A stretch of DNA of 63,319 nt, filler included, from Chiloscyllium plagiosum (lineage: Eukaryota), in the NCBI RefSeq assembly GCF_004010195.1. It is 4 parts of one record of this genome, joined end to end, with 100 filler letters (N's around TTAATTAATTAA, not from the genome) between each part and the next. Parts side by side here need not be neighbours in the genome. Positions count along the whole stretch, not along the records: positions 37,156 to 59,934 come from NC_057717.1; positions 60,035 to 63,319 come from NC_057717.1; 2 more parts are not named here. One strand, 5' to 3'. The position numbers and the translations under genes were made by a program. This document shows positions 51,194 to 63,319 of the stretch, piece after piece. Within the stretch, counting starts at the first letter, position 1. Each line of letters begins with the position of its first letter. Below the pieces are notes generated by a model. It saw nothing but the letters and a program-made list of their open reading frames with translations. It was not told where the DNA came from and made no database searches.

Positions 51194-51804
51194 TGTTATG
51201 ACATCGAGTAAACCTTTTTTTTTCTTTTAAACTAGACACACAGAAAATTTCACACCGCTTCTTAAACAACAAGAACGATCTATCTTGTTTGTTTGCTTTA
51301 CCTACCTCGCATTTGCCAGCAATGCGAGAAAACCCGATGAGTAAGTTTTACAAAAAATCTCAAATTTCAAATCCAGTCAGAAATTAGGATTCCCCTCTGT
51401 CTCGTCCTGCCTTCTTTCCTTCGGTATTTTGCTGCACAGATTTCATATGAACAGGTACGATTCAGAGACCGTCTCTGTGGGCAGCCTATTTGTTGGTGCT
51501 TTTTGACACTTTAGATAAATGTTCAATATGCCCAACTTTTAACCCAAAACGTTGGACCGTCTCATTGGTTTGATGACGTCAAATCACCAAAATTCAAATT
51601 CGACTGGATTTTGGTACCTTGGGGAATGGTTTACAATGATAGGCCAAATTCGAATTTCTTGAATATCACAGCAACTCAGCACAGATTTTTGTTTCAAATA
51701 CAGATGTGACATTTTTCGATTTGTCAGCATACCTGTTCTTTTCACGTCCTTTCCAGCTTTCATTCTCCTTTAAAGGTACAGAACATACCTGCTCGTTCAT
51801 AAAA
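51194..51804 (-). repeat. 5' LTR (strongly diverged from 3' LTR)
   Basis: Starts TGTTATGACA on +. Shares GCTGCACAGA.TTCATATGAA, GTCTCATTGGTTTGATG and AAAATTCAAATTCGA with 46095-46817. Confidence 0.8.
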
Positions 51805-51884
51805 ACCAGAGAACAAACCTCATCGTCTGGAGAAACAGATGTCCAGCCTTCACACTCAGGAGGCACTGCTTTACATGATGTACT

Positions 51885-52181
51885 TTACATTACATTACAG
51901 TGTGGAAACAGGCCCTTCGGCCCAACAAGTCCACACCGACCCGCCAAAGCGCAACCTACCCATACCCCTAAATTTACCCCTTGCCTAACAATAGCATGGC
52001 CAATTCACCTGACCTGCACATCTTTTGAATGTGAAAGGAAACCGGAGCACCCGGTGGAAACCCACGCAGACACGGGGAGAACGTGCAAACTCCACACAGT
52101 CAGTCGCCTGAGGCGGGAATTGAACCTGGGTCTCCAGCGCTGTGAGGCAGCAGTACTAACCACTGTGCCACCGTGCCGCCC
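51885..52181 (-). mobile_element. HE1-like V-SINE
   Basis: Full tRNA-like head, V-domain and (TGTAA)n tail. Confidence 0.92.
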
Positions 52182-52699
52182 ATTATAGCTACTCTGATAA
52201 TTGGATAGTGTTTGAACAGATATCTCAACACAAATATGAATTCAGTGGATGTTTGTGGGCCAGAGTAGGTTGTGGGTCAGCATTCTAATCAATTACAGCA
52301 TGTGGTATCTTAGCACGTCTCACACTCTACCTTTGAGACCAAGCCATACAATGTTCCTGGCACAAGCAGTAGCAATGTTCCTACAAGTAATGCAGTAGAA
52401 ATCTGTGTAAAACATGTGCAAAATATTATTTTAAATTATTACTGTGCGAGAAAGAGTTAATTAATCCCTAAGAATGTTGGTGAAATCTTGCCACGTTCTG
52501 CCATGAATGTTCATGATCATTTCAGAAACTAAAAGGAGATGAAGACTCCATCGGTACAAATAATGCATAAAGGACAAAAAAATCAGTATAAGCTGATGGA
52601 TTTTTAAAATATTCAGAAAAAGTACGGATAATATCAGCTCAAAAATAACATGCAATGTTATTCAATTCACGACAGTTCTGAGAAAATCGAGCAACCAAT

Positions 52700-53280
52700 A
52701 TGGATAATGGAAAGGCCTTATGTGTAGTACGTGGACGTCAGGAAGGCCTTCTAAAAAGTAGCAAGCATAAAGTGAATTCGTGCAGACGAAGCTGTGAGGA
52801 AAATATTTTGTTGATTCGAGAATTAGCTAAGCACAAGAAAAAAGTGACTGGCCATTTTGGTGCTTATATCCGGTTGTAAAACTGCAAATATTACGGTGTT
52901 AAATAGATTTGCAATGAATCTGTTCTCCTGTACACCCTCCTTAGGTTCTTGCCTGTCACTGTGTTATGGAGAATTGTGTAATATAAATTACAGTGTCGAT
53001 GTTTAAAAACATCTATATCCTAACAATTTACAGCCCCTTTCAGAATGGAAGAAGTTTTGAATAAATGAGTAATTTGATATGGTGTGATTAAAGTGCAGAA
53101 TATTATCATGATGGAAATTCACATTGGAAAGATTGAGGTTGCCAATTTCGGTCAGAATAACGAAAGATAAACAACAACCTATGGCCTAAGTGGAGATATA
53201 TTATGAATGATTCAGTGCAGAGCAATCTGGCTTTCCTCCAGCATGTCTTGCTGCAAGAAAGTAATAAGAAGGGCAAGTTG
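52700..53280 (+). mobile_element. Very decayed CR1-type RT fragment
   Basis: YVVYVDVRKAF*KV relic and MEIHIGKIEVANFG (cf. MEFN..KCEV.HFG). Confidence 0.55.
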
Positions 53281-55479
53281 AGATTTAGACTACTTCTGAA
53301 ATAATGGAAAATACATTTTTGAAACTCTGAAGAAATGAAACGATAGATCTTCCTATTTCAACAATCTGCCCATTATCCAAGCTTGACTTGACAGCTAGTG
53401 AGTAACACACACATTGCAAAAGTAACAGGAAGAAAAGCAAATATCTCCCCGACATTTCATTGAAATTAGCAAAGTTGAGACGTCTGCAATCGATACGGAT
53501 CTGTTTGACATAGCGCATATAAAGGTTGTGGCTGAAAATCAGGGTTACAGGAAATGTATCTTGTGATGAGTGCACCATCGTGATTTTGCTGGACATCTCG
53601 AAAACACAGTTGATAGTCTTTCCAATACTTACATTTACCACTTTAAATAGCATTATACCGTAAAACAATTTTGCATTAAACACCTGAAAATAAGAGATCT
53701 ACCATCTCGAGACAATATTGCCAAATACAGAAACTTATCTCCTACGGGGAATGATGAGGATCAGGCGTCACAATTAAAACAGACCATTGGCGGGGACCCA
53801 ATTTTACGAAGACAAGAGATGCTCTGTATTCCAAATTCTGATGATCCGGGGGTGGAGTTTTCCCTCATCTGTAATTTACTGAAGACAGTATCTGTGCAAA
53901 CATTCATTGGAGGTGAATGTTTACAACTGGTCATTGGAGTCAAAACAGTTCATAAGGTCAAATTGTATAATCGGAGCAGTACCACTTCAAAACAGTTGTA
54001 TTCAAAGATAAACTCTCTTTTCAATTATGCAGAATATGTAAAAATGTGCGTAACAACGCAAAGGTGAAAAGGCTTTCAAAACACGCATGGTAGTTTTAAC
54101 ATTAGGTAAGAAATGCAAAGTGAAGCACAAAAGTTTTGTCGCTCATGAAAGTCATTAATCAGCGGCCAGCTGGATTATTGTGTCCAGTTTGAAGAACCAC
54201 ACATTGGTAAATAATTCATAAGCAGTTTGCAGATATAGGGACTGAAACCTTAGAACTCAGTTATGAATATATGCAGGTGTTAATTAATAAAAAAGAGCCC
54301 TTTGTCACTCCTAACCTTATTAAATTATGATAATACGTTTTCACTTTTTGACTCCTCTAACCCTTGTCCTGTGTCGACAGAGAATTTAGAAAATAATTCC
54401 CAACACGTGTAAAATACATCCTCATGGAGTCTGAAGATTTCTCTGATTTTATCACCAACACAAATTTTGCACCCATTCAATTTCAATTTTAAATTCTTCA
54501 GACATATCACAGCCGTCATTGACGAAATTGCTCCTCTCTTCTCGTAGAGATATAATCTACACAAACAAAATCCGAGAAGTTTATTCCATTTTAACCCGTA
54601 TTTCGTCATTTCGGACCGTTCTTCTTACACAGAGCAGACCTTGCACACTTGTTACTAATAAAGTGACAAAGTTTATGTCTTCCTTCTTTGTAAAATTAAT
54701 TGATATTACCTTTATTGATTCCCTGAAATTTTAATCATCTGCTAAATGAAACAGTCGAGAGGTTTAGTTGCCCAAGTTGTTTTATGTTCCTTACCCAGCC
54801 TTGCAAATCTGAAAAGCGATGAATATTCCATACTGCTGTTAACTGATAGCTTTCTCACTTTACACAGGATTGGTGGCCTTCAGCAAGTGCATACATACAA
54901 TTTCAACGAAACAATGAAACAATGGTCAACTATTACATCACCCTCCCTGTGATTTGAACACAACGTTTTCATTGAAGGAGAAGGACAAGCATATGACCGT
55001 GCGTCTGTGAATTTCAGTTCCCCAAAACCATCATTTCATGTATACATCAGAGGTTGGAATGGTTGTTTGCTTTTTTTGTCGATTTCCTCGATGGCTGTCA
55101 AGCAGTGATATTCAGGAAACAGAGCCTCACTGATATTTTTCACTTCTTTTTCAATCTCGACACCATTGTCAGTTGCACAGAGGATTTTTTAAAAACTCAA
55201 CCGAATCAACTCAAGTAACAATTCCCTTTCAGACACATGTCCAAAACTGATCCCTTGCCACTTTGAAGCCAAATTACTTCACTAAAGCAGAATTAGATTC
55301 ATCACGTTTTGAAAGAAGACTTATTTTGTGTAAGGTCAGTTGGATGGACTCGTGGTTTGCAGCACAAACGATGGTGAAATCATTCTTTCAATCCCGTACC
55401 ATCTCTGGTTAATATGAAGAATTGTTCTTCTAAGACTCCCTGCTTTGTTGAGGTATTCACGCTGTGGCACCTTAAATTT

Positions 55480-57050
55480 TAAGCGAGAGTAATTAAATAA
55501 CAAGGCGTTCCGTTTAATGTACTTAAAATTAGATATTAAAATTACCAGTCCTCTGGTAGCTTCATTGATTATCGTGAGTTTTGAAAGATCACTGCCATAG
55601 CCTCCAGTTTCTCTTCAGTAATCTCCCTGAGAGCCCTGGGATATCAGCCACCTGGTCGAGTTTATTTATCCAAATGCACGCCATTCACTTTCTTTAGCCC
55701 CTTCTCTTTGATGATGGTCAATTACTCAGCTCTGCCCTATCACACTCTGGAAGTTTGGGATATTACACGTGTCTACCACCGAGAAGACTAAAATAAAGTA
55801 ATTATTCCATTCCTCAGCCTGTCTTTTATATGTTCCTCACTATTATCTCTCAATCATCATTCTCTAGTAGCCTAATTTTTTTTATTGCCTTTCCTTTGCC
55901 ATTTATATGTCTAAACAAATTCTTCCAGTCATCCTATATAGTACTGGCCAACTTCCCCTCAGATTTTATCTTCTCTCTCCTTATTTCTTGTTTTGTTCTC
56001 CTCTGTTGATCTTTGTAAGCTTCGCAATCTTATGGTTTCCCACTGCCCTCCGCCGCATTATATGATTTGATTTGTTTTTATGCTATCCCTGATATCCCCA
56101 GTCAGCCGTATTTTCTTTATCCTCCCTGTAAAATATTTCCTCGGGTTGAATCTCTGCTGTGTCTCCTGCATTAGTTGCAGAAATTCCTAACATTGCTGTT
56201 GCCCTGCATTTCCTTTTAGGCTCCTCTCCCAGTCAACACTACCCAGCTCCTTCCTCAGGCCTTTGACTTTTTTTCAACTGTAGTAGCATTCCTTCTGATT
56301 CTATCTTCCGACTCTAAAATTGCGGAGCAAAGCAAAGCATATTGCAATCATTGTCTCCTAAGAGTACCTTCACTTTCAGATCCCTTATCAATCTGCGTCA
56401 TTGCACAGAATGAAATCCAATATTGACTGTTGTGCAGTGGGTTCCACCATAGCTACTCCAAAAAGCCATATCGTAGACATTCCACAAATTCTTCACTTGC
56501 AATTCACGACTCACGTGTATTTTCCAGCCCCCCATGCATATTAAAATACCAAATGATCACTGTAAATTTGACTTCTCTGTCTCCTAGTCCATCTTGTGTC
56601 CAGCTGCTGACGTCTATTTGGAAGCATGGACAGAACTGCAGACATGTTATTTTTACCTTTGATTTTCTCAAATCTATATTCAGATTCTACACTCTCTGAC
56701 GCGACATTGTTTCTTACTATTGATTGACTTGCATTTCTTGCTAATAAGGCAATTCTAATCCCTTGGCCGATCTGTCTATCTTTTTGAAAGAATGTGTACC
56801 CTTGAATATTCAGCTCCCAACCCTGATATCCTTGCAGCAATGTCTCGATAATGCCCACCAAATTGTACATGCCTGTTTTAATCTGTGCGACAAGCTCCTG
56901 TACCTTATTCCACACAGTGTGTACATTCCAAGATAACATCTTCAGTCCTGCAATAACAATCCTTACTCTCATTGTCATTTGTTTTTTCCAGTCCACTTGA
57001 ATTTCGATTGCTAACCCTTTCCAAACACTCTGTATATGCTGCAGATTTTA
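55480..57050 (-). mobile_element. Decayed CR1/L2-type LINE, APE endonuclease region
   Basis: ORF 56541-56996: LSWNVHTVWNKVQELVAQIKTGMYNLVGIIETLLQGYQGWELNIQGYTFFQKDRQIGQGIRIALL. Confidence 0.85.
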
Positions 57051-57796
57051 GTGTCGTCTCCCCAGTTCTGCAAACTTTAATTTTCCTTTAATTCGGTTTT
57101 TCTAGTTTCTACAATTACTGACAACATCCCGCAGTCATTTACAGGAAATCTCTGTTTTCAGACCTCAATGTGCGAGTCACTAGGACTGTGGTCCCAACAC
57201 AGTTCTTGTGAAGACTGTCCCATTGGAAGGGATCCCTTCTTTCCTTGTACTGGAGTCAATGTCTCATGAATTAAAAAGAAGTTTATTAGCCAATCAAATC
57301 ACAGCCGTCCTGGAACATCGCGTTTCATTTTCTTCTCAGTTGAGACCGTTTTGAATCAGAATTTCTAACCTCCCCAGACTGCTATCCACCTGCTACCTCT
57401 CAGCTCTGTTCCCGAAGTGCAGGCCACAAATATACAAGGCAAGGATTTATAATCTTTGCCTTCGCAGGGTGCTCTCCACATCCTCCAGCCCAGCTCTGGC
57501 CAGAAACTACTTATTCTGGTACCAACAAATTTTGCAGTAATAGNNNNNNNNNNNNNNNNNNNNNNNNNNNNNNNNNNNNNNNNNNNNNNNNNNNNNNNNN
57601 NNNNNNNNNNNNNNNNNNNNNNNNNNNNNNNNNNNNNNNNNNNNNNNNNNNNNNNNNNNNNNNNNNNNNNNNNNNNNNNNNNNNNNNNNNNNNNNNNNNN
57701 NNNNNNNNNNNNNNNNNNNNNNNNNNNNNNNNNNNNNNNNNNNNNNNNNNNNNNNNNNNNNNNNNNNNNNNNNNNNNNNNNNNNNNNNNNNNNNNN

Positions 57797-57870
57797 CCGA
57801 GGTTAGAATTGAACCTGGGACCCTGGTATTGTTCGGCAGCAGTGCTCATCACTGAGCCATCTTGCCACCC
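57797..57870 (-). mobile_element. 5' head of a V-SINE, remainder in gap
   Basis: GGGTGGCAAGATGGCTCAGTGATGAGCACTGCTGCC...GGTTCAATTC. Confidence 0.7.
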
Positions 57871-57894
57871 TAAGACCTGAACTTCAGTGCAGGT

Positions 57895-59335
57895 GAACCT
57901 TTACCACCTTTCATAACTGGTGGCACTATGTTTACGCAATGTCAAGTCTTTCAACACCTCACCTGTGTCTATCGATGTTTTCAATATCTCAGAAAGTGGT
58001 CCAGCAAACATTTCCCAAGCTTCCCATAGAGTGCACGGGAACACCTGAGCAAGTCCTTTGGATTTATGCAACTTTATGCGCTTTAACACTCCCCTCTAAT
58101 ATGTACATTGGCGAATTTTGAGGTGCCTTGTTCTCTCCCTTGCTACTCTTTTGTGTTTAACGCATGTGTGGAATCTCGTTATATTCTCCATGATAGTGGT
58201 TGACAAAACTATCTCCGATTTCTCTCCGAAGTATATTTCTGCCTTTATAGGCATCTGAGGAATCATCGATCCTGTTCTCTGTACTTGATATGTATTTCCT
58301 TCTTTTTCTCGAACAAAACCTCAATTTCTCCAGCATTCCCTTTACTTATCAGCCTTGCCTTTCATCCCAGCAGGAGCATACAGTCTCTGTACTCTCGCGA
58401 TGTCGCTATTAAATGCTTCCCAATTCCAGCCATCGCTTTTCCTACGAATATCTGCCCTCAATCCACTTTTGATATTTCTTGCCTCATGCCGTAAATGTTG
58501 GCTTTGCTTCAATTTAGACCTTTAACTCTTATAATTGGCCTATGCTTTTCAACCACTCTTCTAAATGGAAGAGAAGTATTGTCACTGGCCCCAATATGTA
58601 CCCCCACTGACACGTCAGATTCCTTCCCCGCCTTATATCCCAAGAGTAATACAGGTTTTTTTCTTGTCTAGTAGTTTCATCCAAACACTGAATCTTAAAA
58701 CATGCTTGCACAGATGTAGCAATTTCCCCTTCATCTAAGCCCTTAACACTATTGCAGAAACAGTGTATGTCTGGAAAGGTAAAATCTCCCACTGCAACCA
58801 TCTTCTTGTTCCTATAGACGTCTCCTTCCGAATTTGTTTCTCAATTTCCCCTGAACATTTGGAGTCTATAGTAAAATTCCAATAATGTGATCATCACTTT
58901 CTCGTTTCTCAGTTTCATTTAAATAACTTCCCTGGATCTACTCCCATCATTATCTTCCCTCAGTACGACTGTAACGTCATCCCGAAACAAAAAACACCAC
59001 CGCCTCTCCTCTCTTTGTCCCATTTCAATCCTTCGTATTGCATCAATACCTCGGAACATGAAGCTATCTGTCCTGTCCATCCTTGAGCCTCATCTCTATA
59101 ATCGCTTTGATGGACCTGTTCCATGTTCTCAACTGTTACCATGAATAATCTGCCTTACCTGTTAGGCCTCTTAGATTTAAATGAGTTAATTTTAATTTAT
59201 CAGTCTTATTTCATTCTCTGCTTTGTTCCTGCCTGCCACGACTGATGACTTACTCCTCTTCTGAACTGTACCTGTATCATACTGATCCCCTTTATATCTA
59301 TTTCCTGGGACCCATGCCCACCATTCTTAGTTTAA
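57895..59335 (-). mobile_element. Decayed CR1 LINE, APE and linker region
   Basis: VAVGDFTFPDI, KERRGGGV and LKRIKLHKSKG..TGEVLKD relics. Confidence 0.8.
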
Positions 59336-59469
59336 TTATTGTCGGGTGAAACTGACTTCTGTGGTCTGTACTCTCTTGGCAATGATACTGAGGGACATGA
59401 TATAAACACATTTGAAAACACTTGACCTGTTTTTGACAGGCCGGATGGTTATGAAATGTCTCATTTCAC

Positions 59470-59934
59470 AATCCTGATTGAATATTTTTGTCGACATGAC
59501 AAAGATAATGGATGAGGAAGGGGACGTGGGCATTTTTGTAATAAAACCCCATATGGTACATTAGTGCGAAATTTAAAATCACGAGTACAGAGTGGACTAG
59601 CGATACAAAACTGGCTTGATCATAAACGACAGAGGGCAGCACTGGGAGGGTCTTTTTTCTGAATGGAGAATGGTAACTAGCAGTGTTCCACCAGAATCAG
59701 TCTTAGGTTCTCTGTTATTTGTACTGTTTACAAATAATTTGGAGGAATATGTTGGTTCTCTCATTAATAAGTTTACAGATGTCAAGAAGATTGTTGGAGT
59801 TGCTGATAATGTCGACGATTGTGTAAGTATACAAGAGGATATAGATAGACTGGCGACTTGGGTACAGAAATGGCACAAATAATTTAATTCAAACAAATGT
59901 GAGAGGATCCCTATTAGGTGATGGAATTTGAATG
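59470..59934 (+). mobile_element. CR1 RT fragment
   Basis: FSEWRMVTSSVPPESVLGSLLFVLFTNNLEE..INKFTDVKKIVGV..LATWVQKW. Confidence 0.88.
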
Positions 59935-60034
59935 NNNNNNNNNNNNNNNNNNNNNNNNNNNNNNNNNNNNNNNNNNNNTTAATTAATTAANNNNNNNNNN
60001 NNNNNNNNNNNNNNNNNNNNNNNNNNNNNNNNNN
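59935..60034. other. Artificial scaffold linker (44N-TTAATTAATTAA-44N)
   Basis: Same structure as the other two linkers. Confidence 0.97.
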
Positions 60035-61324
60035 AAAATCAGTAGTTGTGTGGGCAGGACATGATATTTGTGTAGACAGGTCACAGAGAGGGATGTCGAG
60101 CACAGGGTTCCAATTGTGACATGAATTGTTGAATTATTTCATCGACAAACAGACATGTGAGTTGTGTCAATTTTAAAAAGGAGAAACACTGAGATCTGAA
60201 GTGTTGTGGCAGCACCTCTCACACAGAGGATCAAACACCTTTGTCCAACAGAAGGTTTCCCACCTTGCCCTTTTTGTATGTTATCCCTGCATGATAGTGG
60301 GAAATGTGAAGGGCCTCCAGAGTGCCTTCGTTGGGATTGCTATTTAGTCTTTGGCTATTTATTTGGATAATTATGTTAGATTATTATTGTCGTTATTTAG
60401 TTGACACTGACATTTTGGAGATGAATGCCCTGGAAATATTTTGGAACCGATTCACTGTGAGGCCATAGGGTTACACCATGGAGGGCAATACTCCGTCAGC
60501 TTTGTGAAATATCTGTTCTTGTCCCTGGTCCACAGGGACAAGAACAGTGGAGATTGGGTGGTACAACAGTATTGTTTCCCTGATGAAAGACAAGTTGTTA
60601 TGTTCTGACTGATGTGCAATTACTGATATTTGATATTGTGGTGATGCTCCGAGGATCGAGTCAGGATCAAGAATATCCAACCATATGCAGTGAAAGTCAG
60701 CCCCGTTACTGAGACCTCCAGCTGTCTTGATGTTCAGGGTTGAGGGAATTGGTGAGTTGGATCCATATCAGAGTCACCAGTNNNNNNNNNNNNNNNNNNN
60801 NNNNNNNNNNNNNNNNNNNNNNNNNNNNNNNNNNNNNNNNNNNNNNNNNNNNNNNNNNNNNNNNNNNNNNNNNNNNNNNNNNNNNNNNNNNNNNNNNNNN
60901 NNNNNNNNNNNNNNNNNNNNNNNNNNNNNNNNNNNNNNNNNNNNNNNNNNNNNNNNNNNNNNNNNNNNNNNNNNNNNNNNNNNNNNNNNNNNNNNNNNNN
61001 NNNNNNNNNNNNNNNNNNNNNNNNNNNNNNNNNNNNNNNNNNNNNNNNNNNNNNNNNNNNNNNNNNNNNNNNNNNNNNNNNNNNNNNNNNNNNNNNNNNN
61101 NNNNNNNNNNNNNNNNNNNNNNNNNNNNNNNNNNNNNNNNNNNNNNNNNNNNNNNNNNNNNNNNNNNNNNNNNNNNNNNNNNNNNNNNNNNNNNNNNNNN
61201 NNNNNNNNNNNNNNNNNNNNNNNNNNNNNNNNNNNNNNNNNNNNNNNNNNNNNNNNNNNNNNNNNNNNNNNNNNNNNNNNNCCAACCTCAGACACTGGGA
61301 AACTGGAAACAATGAGACCCCGAT

Positions 61325-62120
61325 GAGTCATAGAGATGTACAGCATGGAAACAGACCCTTCGGTCCAACCTGTCCATGCCAACCACATATCCCGAAACGA
61401 TCTTGTCCCACCTGCCAGCAACCGGCGTATATCCCTCCAAATCCTTCCTATTCATATAACCATGCAGGTGCCTTTTAAATGTTGCATTTATACTAGCCTC
61501 CACCACTTCATCTGGCAGCTCATTCCATACACGTACCACCCTCTGCGTGAAAGGTTTCCCCCTTAGTACTCTTTTATATCTTTCCCCTCTCACCCTTAAC
61601 CTATGCCCTCTAGTTCTGGACTCCCCAACCACAGGGAAAAGACTTTGTCTATTTACCCTATCCATGACCCTCATGAATTTTTAAACCTCTACATGGTCAC
61701 CCCTCAACTTTGGACTTTATAGGGAAAACACCCTAGCTTGTTCAGCCTCTCCTTATATCTCAAATCCTCCAACTTTGGCAACATCCTTGTTATTCTGAAC
61801 CCTTTCAAGCGTCATAACATCTTTCCATGGGAAGGGGACAAGAATTGCACACAATATTCCAACAGTGGTGCAACCAATGTCCTGTACAGCCGCAACATGA
61901 CCACCCAACACCTGTATTCAACACTCTAACCAATAACAGAAGCATACCAAATGCCTTCTTCAATATCACATCTACCTGCGACTCTTCTTTCAAGGAGCTA
62001 ACAACCTGCATTCAAAGGTCTCTTCATTCAGCATCACTCCCCAGAACCTTACCATTTAGTGTATAAGTTCTGCTGAAATTTGCTTTCCCAAAATATAGCA
62101 CTTCGCATTTATCTGAATTC
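61325..62120 (-). mobile_element. CR1 LINE 3' end
   Basis: MRVMDRVNRQSLFPVVGESRTRGHRLRVRGERY..FTQRVVRVWNELP, plus 3' UTR. Confidence 0.92.
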
Positions 62121-62904
62121 AGGATCTCAACTTTTACCTTCCTATGTCATTGATTCCAATGAGGATAATGATGTCTTGCTGTCCCCTCTCCCCCTTGAGA
62201 ACATTCTGCACCGTCACTGATACACCTTTGATCCTGGCACCATCTTTACATCCATCTATTTATCCAATGACCATTTAAATGCCCTTAACATTAAAGACCA
62301 ATGTGCTATTTACTTTTCAAACTGCTTGTTGTGCCTAGATGTTAACTTTGTCTTTCTTGTACACCCATGTCCCGATGAACATCAACATTTAGAAATTGCA
62401 TTCCTTTTGAAAAATATTATTTTCTATTTGTAAAGCCAAAGTAAATAACCTCACACTTCCTCACATTATACTCTTTCACCTTGTTACCCACTTATTAGAC
62501 CTGCCCGTATCTGTTTGTAGCCACTGTGTTCTCTCATTGCTCGCCATTGCCAGAAGCCTAGGTACATTGTCCAAGTTGCTATTCATTTTCTAAAAGCATC
62601 TCACCACAAACAAAATTGGCTGGCCAGAGATTGCTAGATTTAATATTCTTCTTTCATATTCAGTCTTCCAAAAGGGTGTAATATTTGCAATCTTCCAGTC
62701 TCTTGGCACCACCCCTATATTTAAAAAGGTAGAAGATTGTCGCCAAGACCTTCAAAAGTTTTACATTTTCGGCAATTATATGGTCACTTGAACAAATTAT
62801 TTTCAGGGCTATAGGGATGGATCAGAGGTTCTGGATTACATTGTAGTGGTACATGAACCCAATGGACAAAACAACCTCTTTCTGTGCCATTATGACTAAA
62901 TAAT

Positions 62905-63201
62905 GACTGCTGCCTCACATCGCCAGAGACCCGGGTTCAACTCCCGCCTCAGGCGACTCTCTGTGTGGAGTTTGCACATTCTCCCCGTGTCTGCGTGGGT
63001 TTCCTCCGGGTGCTCCGGTTTCCTCCCACAATCCAAAAATGTGCAGGTTCGGTGAATTGGCCATGCTTAATTGCCCGTAGTGTTAGGTGAAGGGGTAAAT
63101 GTAGGAGTATGGGTCTGGGTGGTATACGCTTCGGTAGGTCGGTGTGGACTTGTTGGACCGAAGGGCCTGTTTCCACACTGTAAGTAAGTAATCTAATCTA
63201 A
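62905..63201 (+). mobile_element. HE1-like V-SINE, 5'-truncated
   Basis: ACTGCTGCCTCACA..GACCCGGGTTCAA, V-domain and (AATCT)n tail; nearly identical to 29055-29350. Confidence 0.92.
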
Positions 63202-63319
63202 ACATTAACGAGTCTACTGCTGTTTCAGGCAGGACATTCAACACCCTTACGATTGAGTAAAGAAACTTCCTTTGACATCTGTGCTATATGTCTCACCCTT
63301 CCATTTAAAGCTATGTCCC

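Larger units (their letters stand above)
46095..51804 (-). mobile_element. Decayed Gypsy LTR retrotransposon, Gmr1-like (gag/SCAN-like, CCHC, PR, IN, RT, RNase H)
   Basis: gag: LPHFNEKVVEAFLISYE..LWVMLIQTK..EVFSALS..SEDYEEVKQAILSVYELLPGA*KQRFRN (about 50100-50400). Knuckle relic FHWNGVGHNNFDCW. PR relic ILRVRGSNSSLIVRD (about 49410-49460). IN C-terminus GDPFKARF..HRVFHMNILKPY (about 48435-48580). RT: DGTQRFCVD and VYLVDAAIFSKSWDD..LGHYIG. Two LTRs, PBS and PPT. Confidence 0.88.

Noticed and set aside
60500..60535. Minus-strand CGPGTRTDI resembling an Ig/TCR J segment
   Set aside because: Lacks the F/W of FGxG, has no recombination signal or splice donor, and overlaps the hairpin.

Overview
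Eukaryotic, repeat-dominated scaffold window. The SINE and LINE types point to a shark, probably a bamboo shark; this is inferred from repeat families only. I found no intact protein-coding gene. The window contains: (1) a decayed GPR139/142-like 7TM receptor pseudogene on the minus strand at about 16.4-17.7 kb, partly in an N gap; (2) a large inverted segmental duplication (1-14500 vs 23710-36829), plus a third partial copy at 37156-39085; (3) many decayed CR1-type LINEs, one near full length, and HE1/V-type tRNA-derived SINEs; (4) Penelope-type inverted repeats carrying degenerate minimal hammerhead-ribozyme cores; (5) a 7.6 kb strand-asymmetric 34-bp satellite with higher-order structure; (6) a decayed Gypsy LTR element with a SCAN-like gag and the Gmr1-type order PR-IN-RT-RH. 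Three 100-nt gaps contain an artificial TTAATTAATTAA linker, so orientation across them is uncertain. Family calls come from motif recognition without database searches, and repeat boundaries are approximate. I cannot support a genuinely new biological system. The best leads are the hammerhead-bearing palindromes, the Gmr1/SCAN element and the receptor pseudogene beside the duplication.
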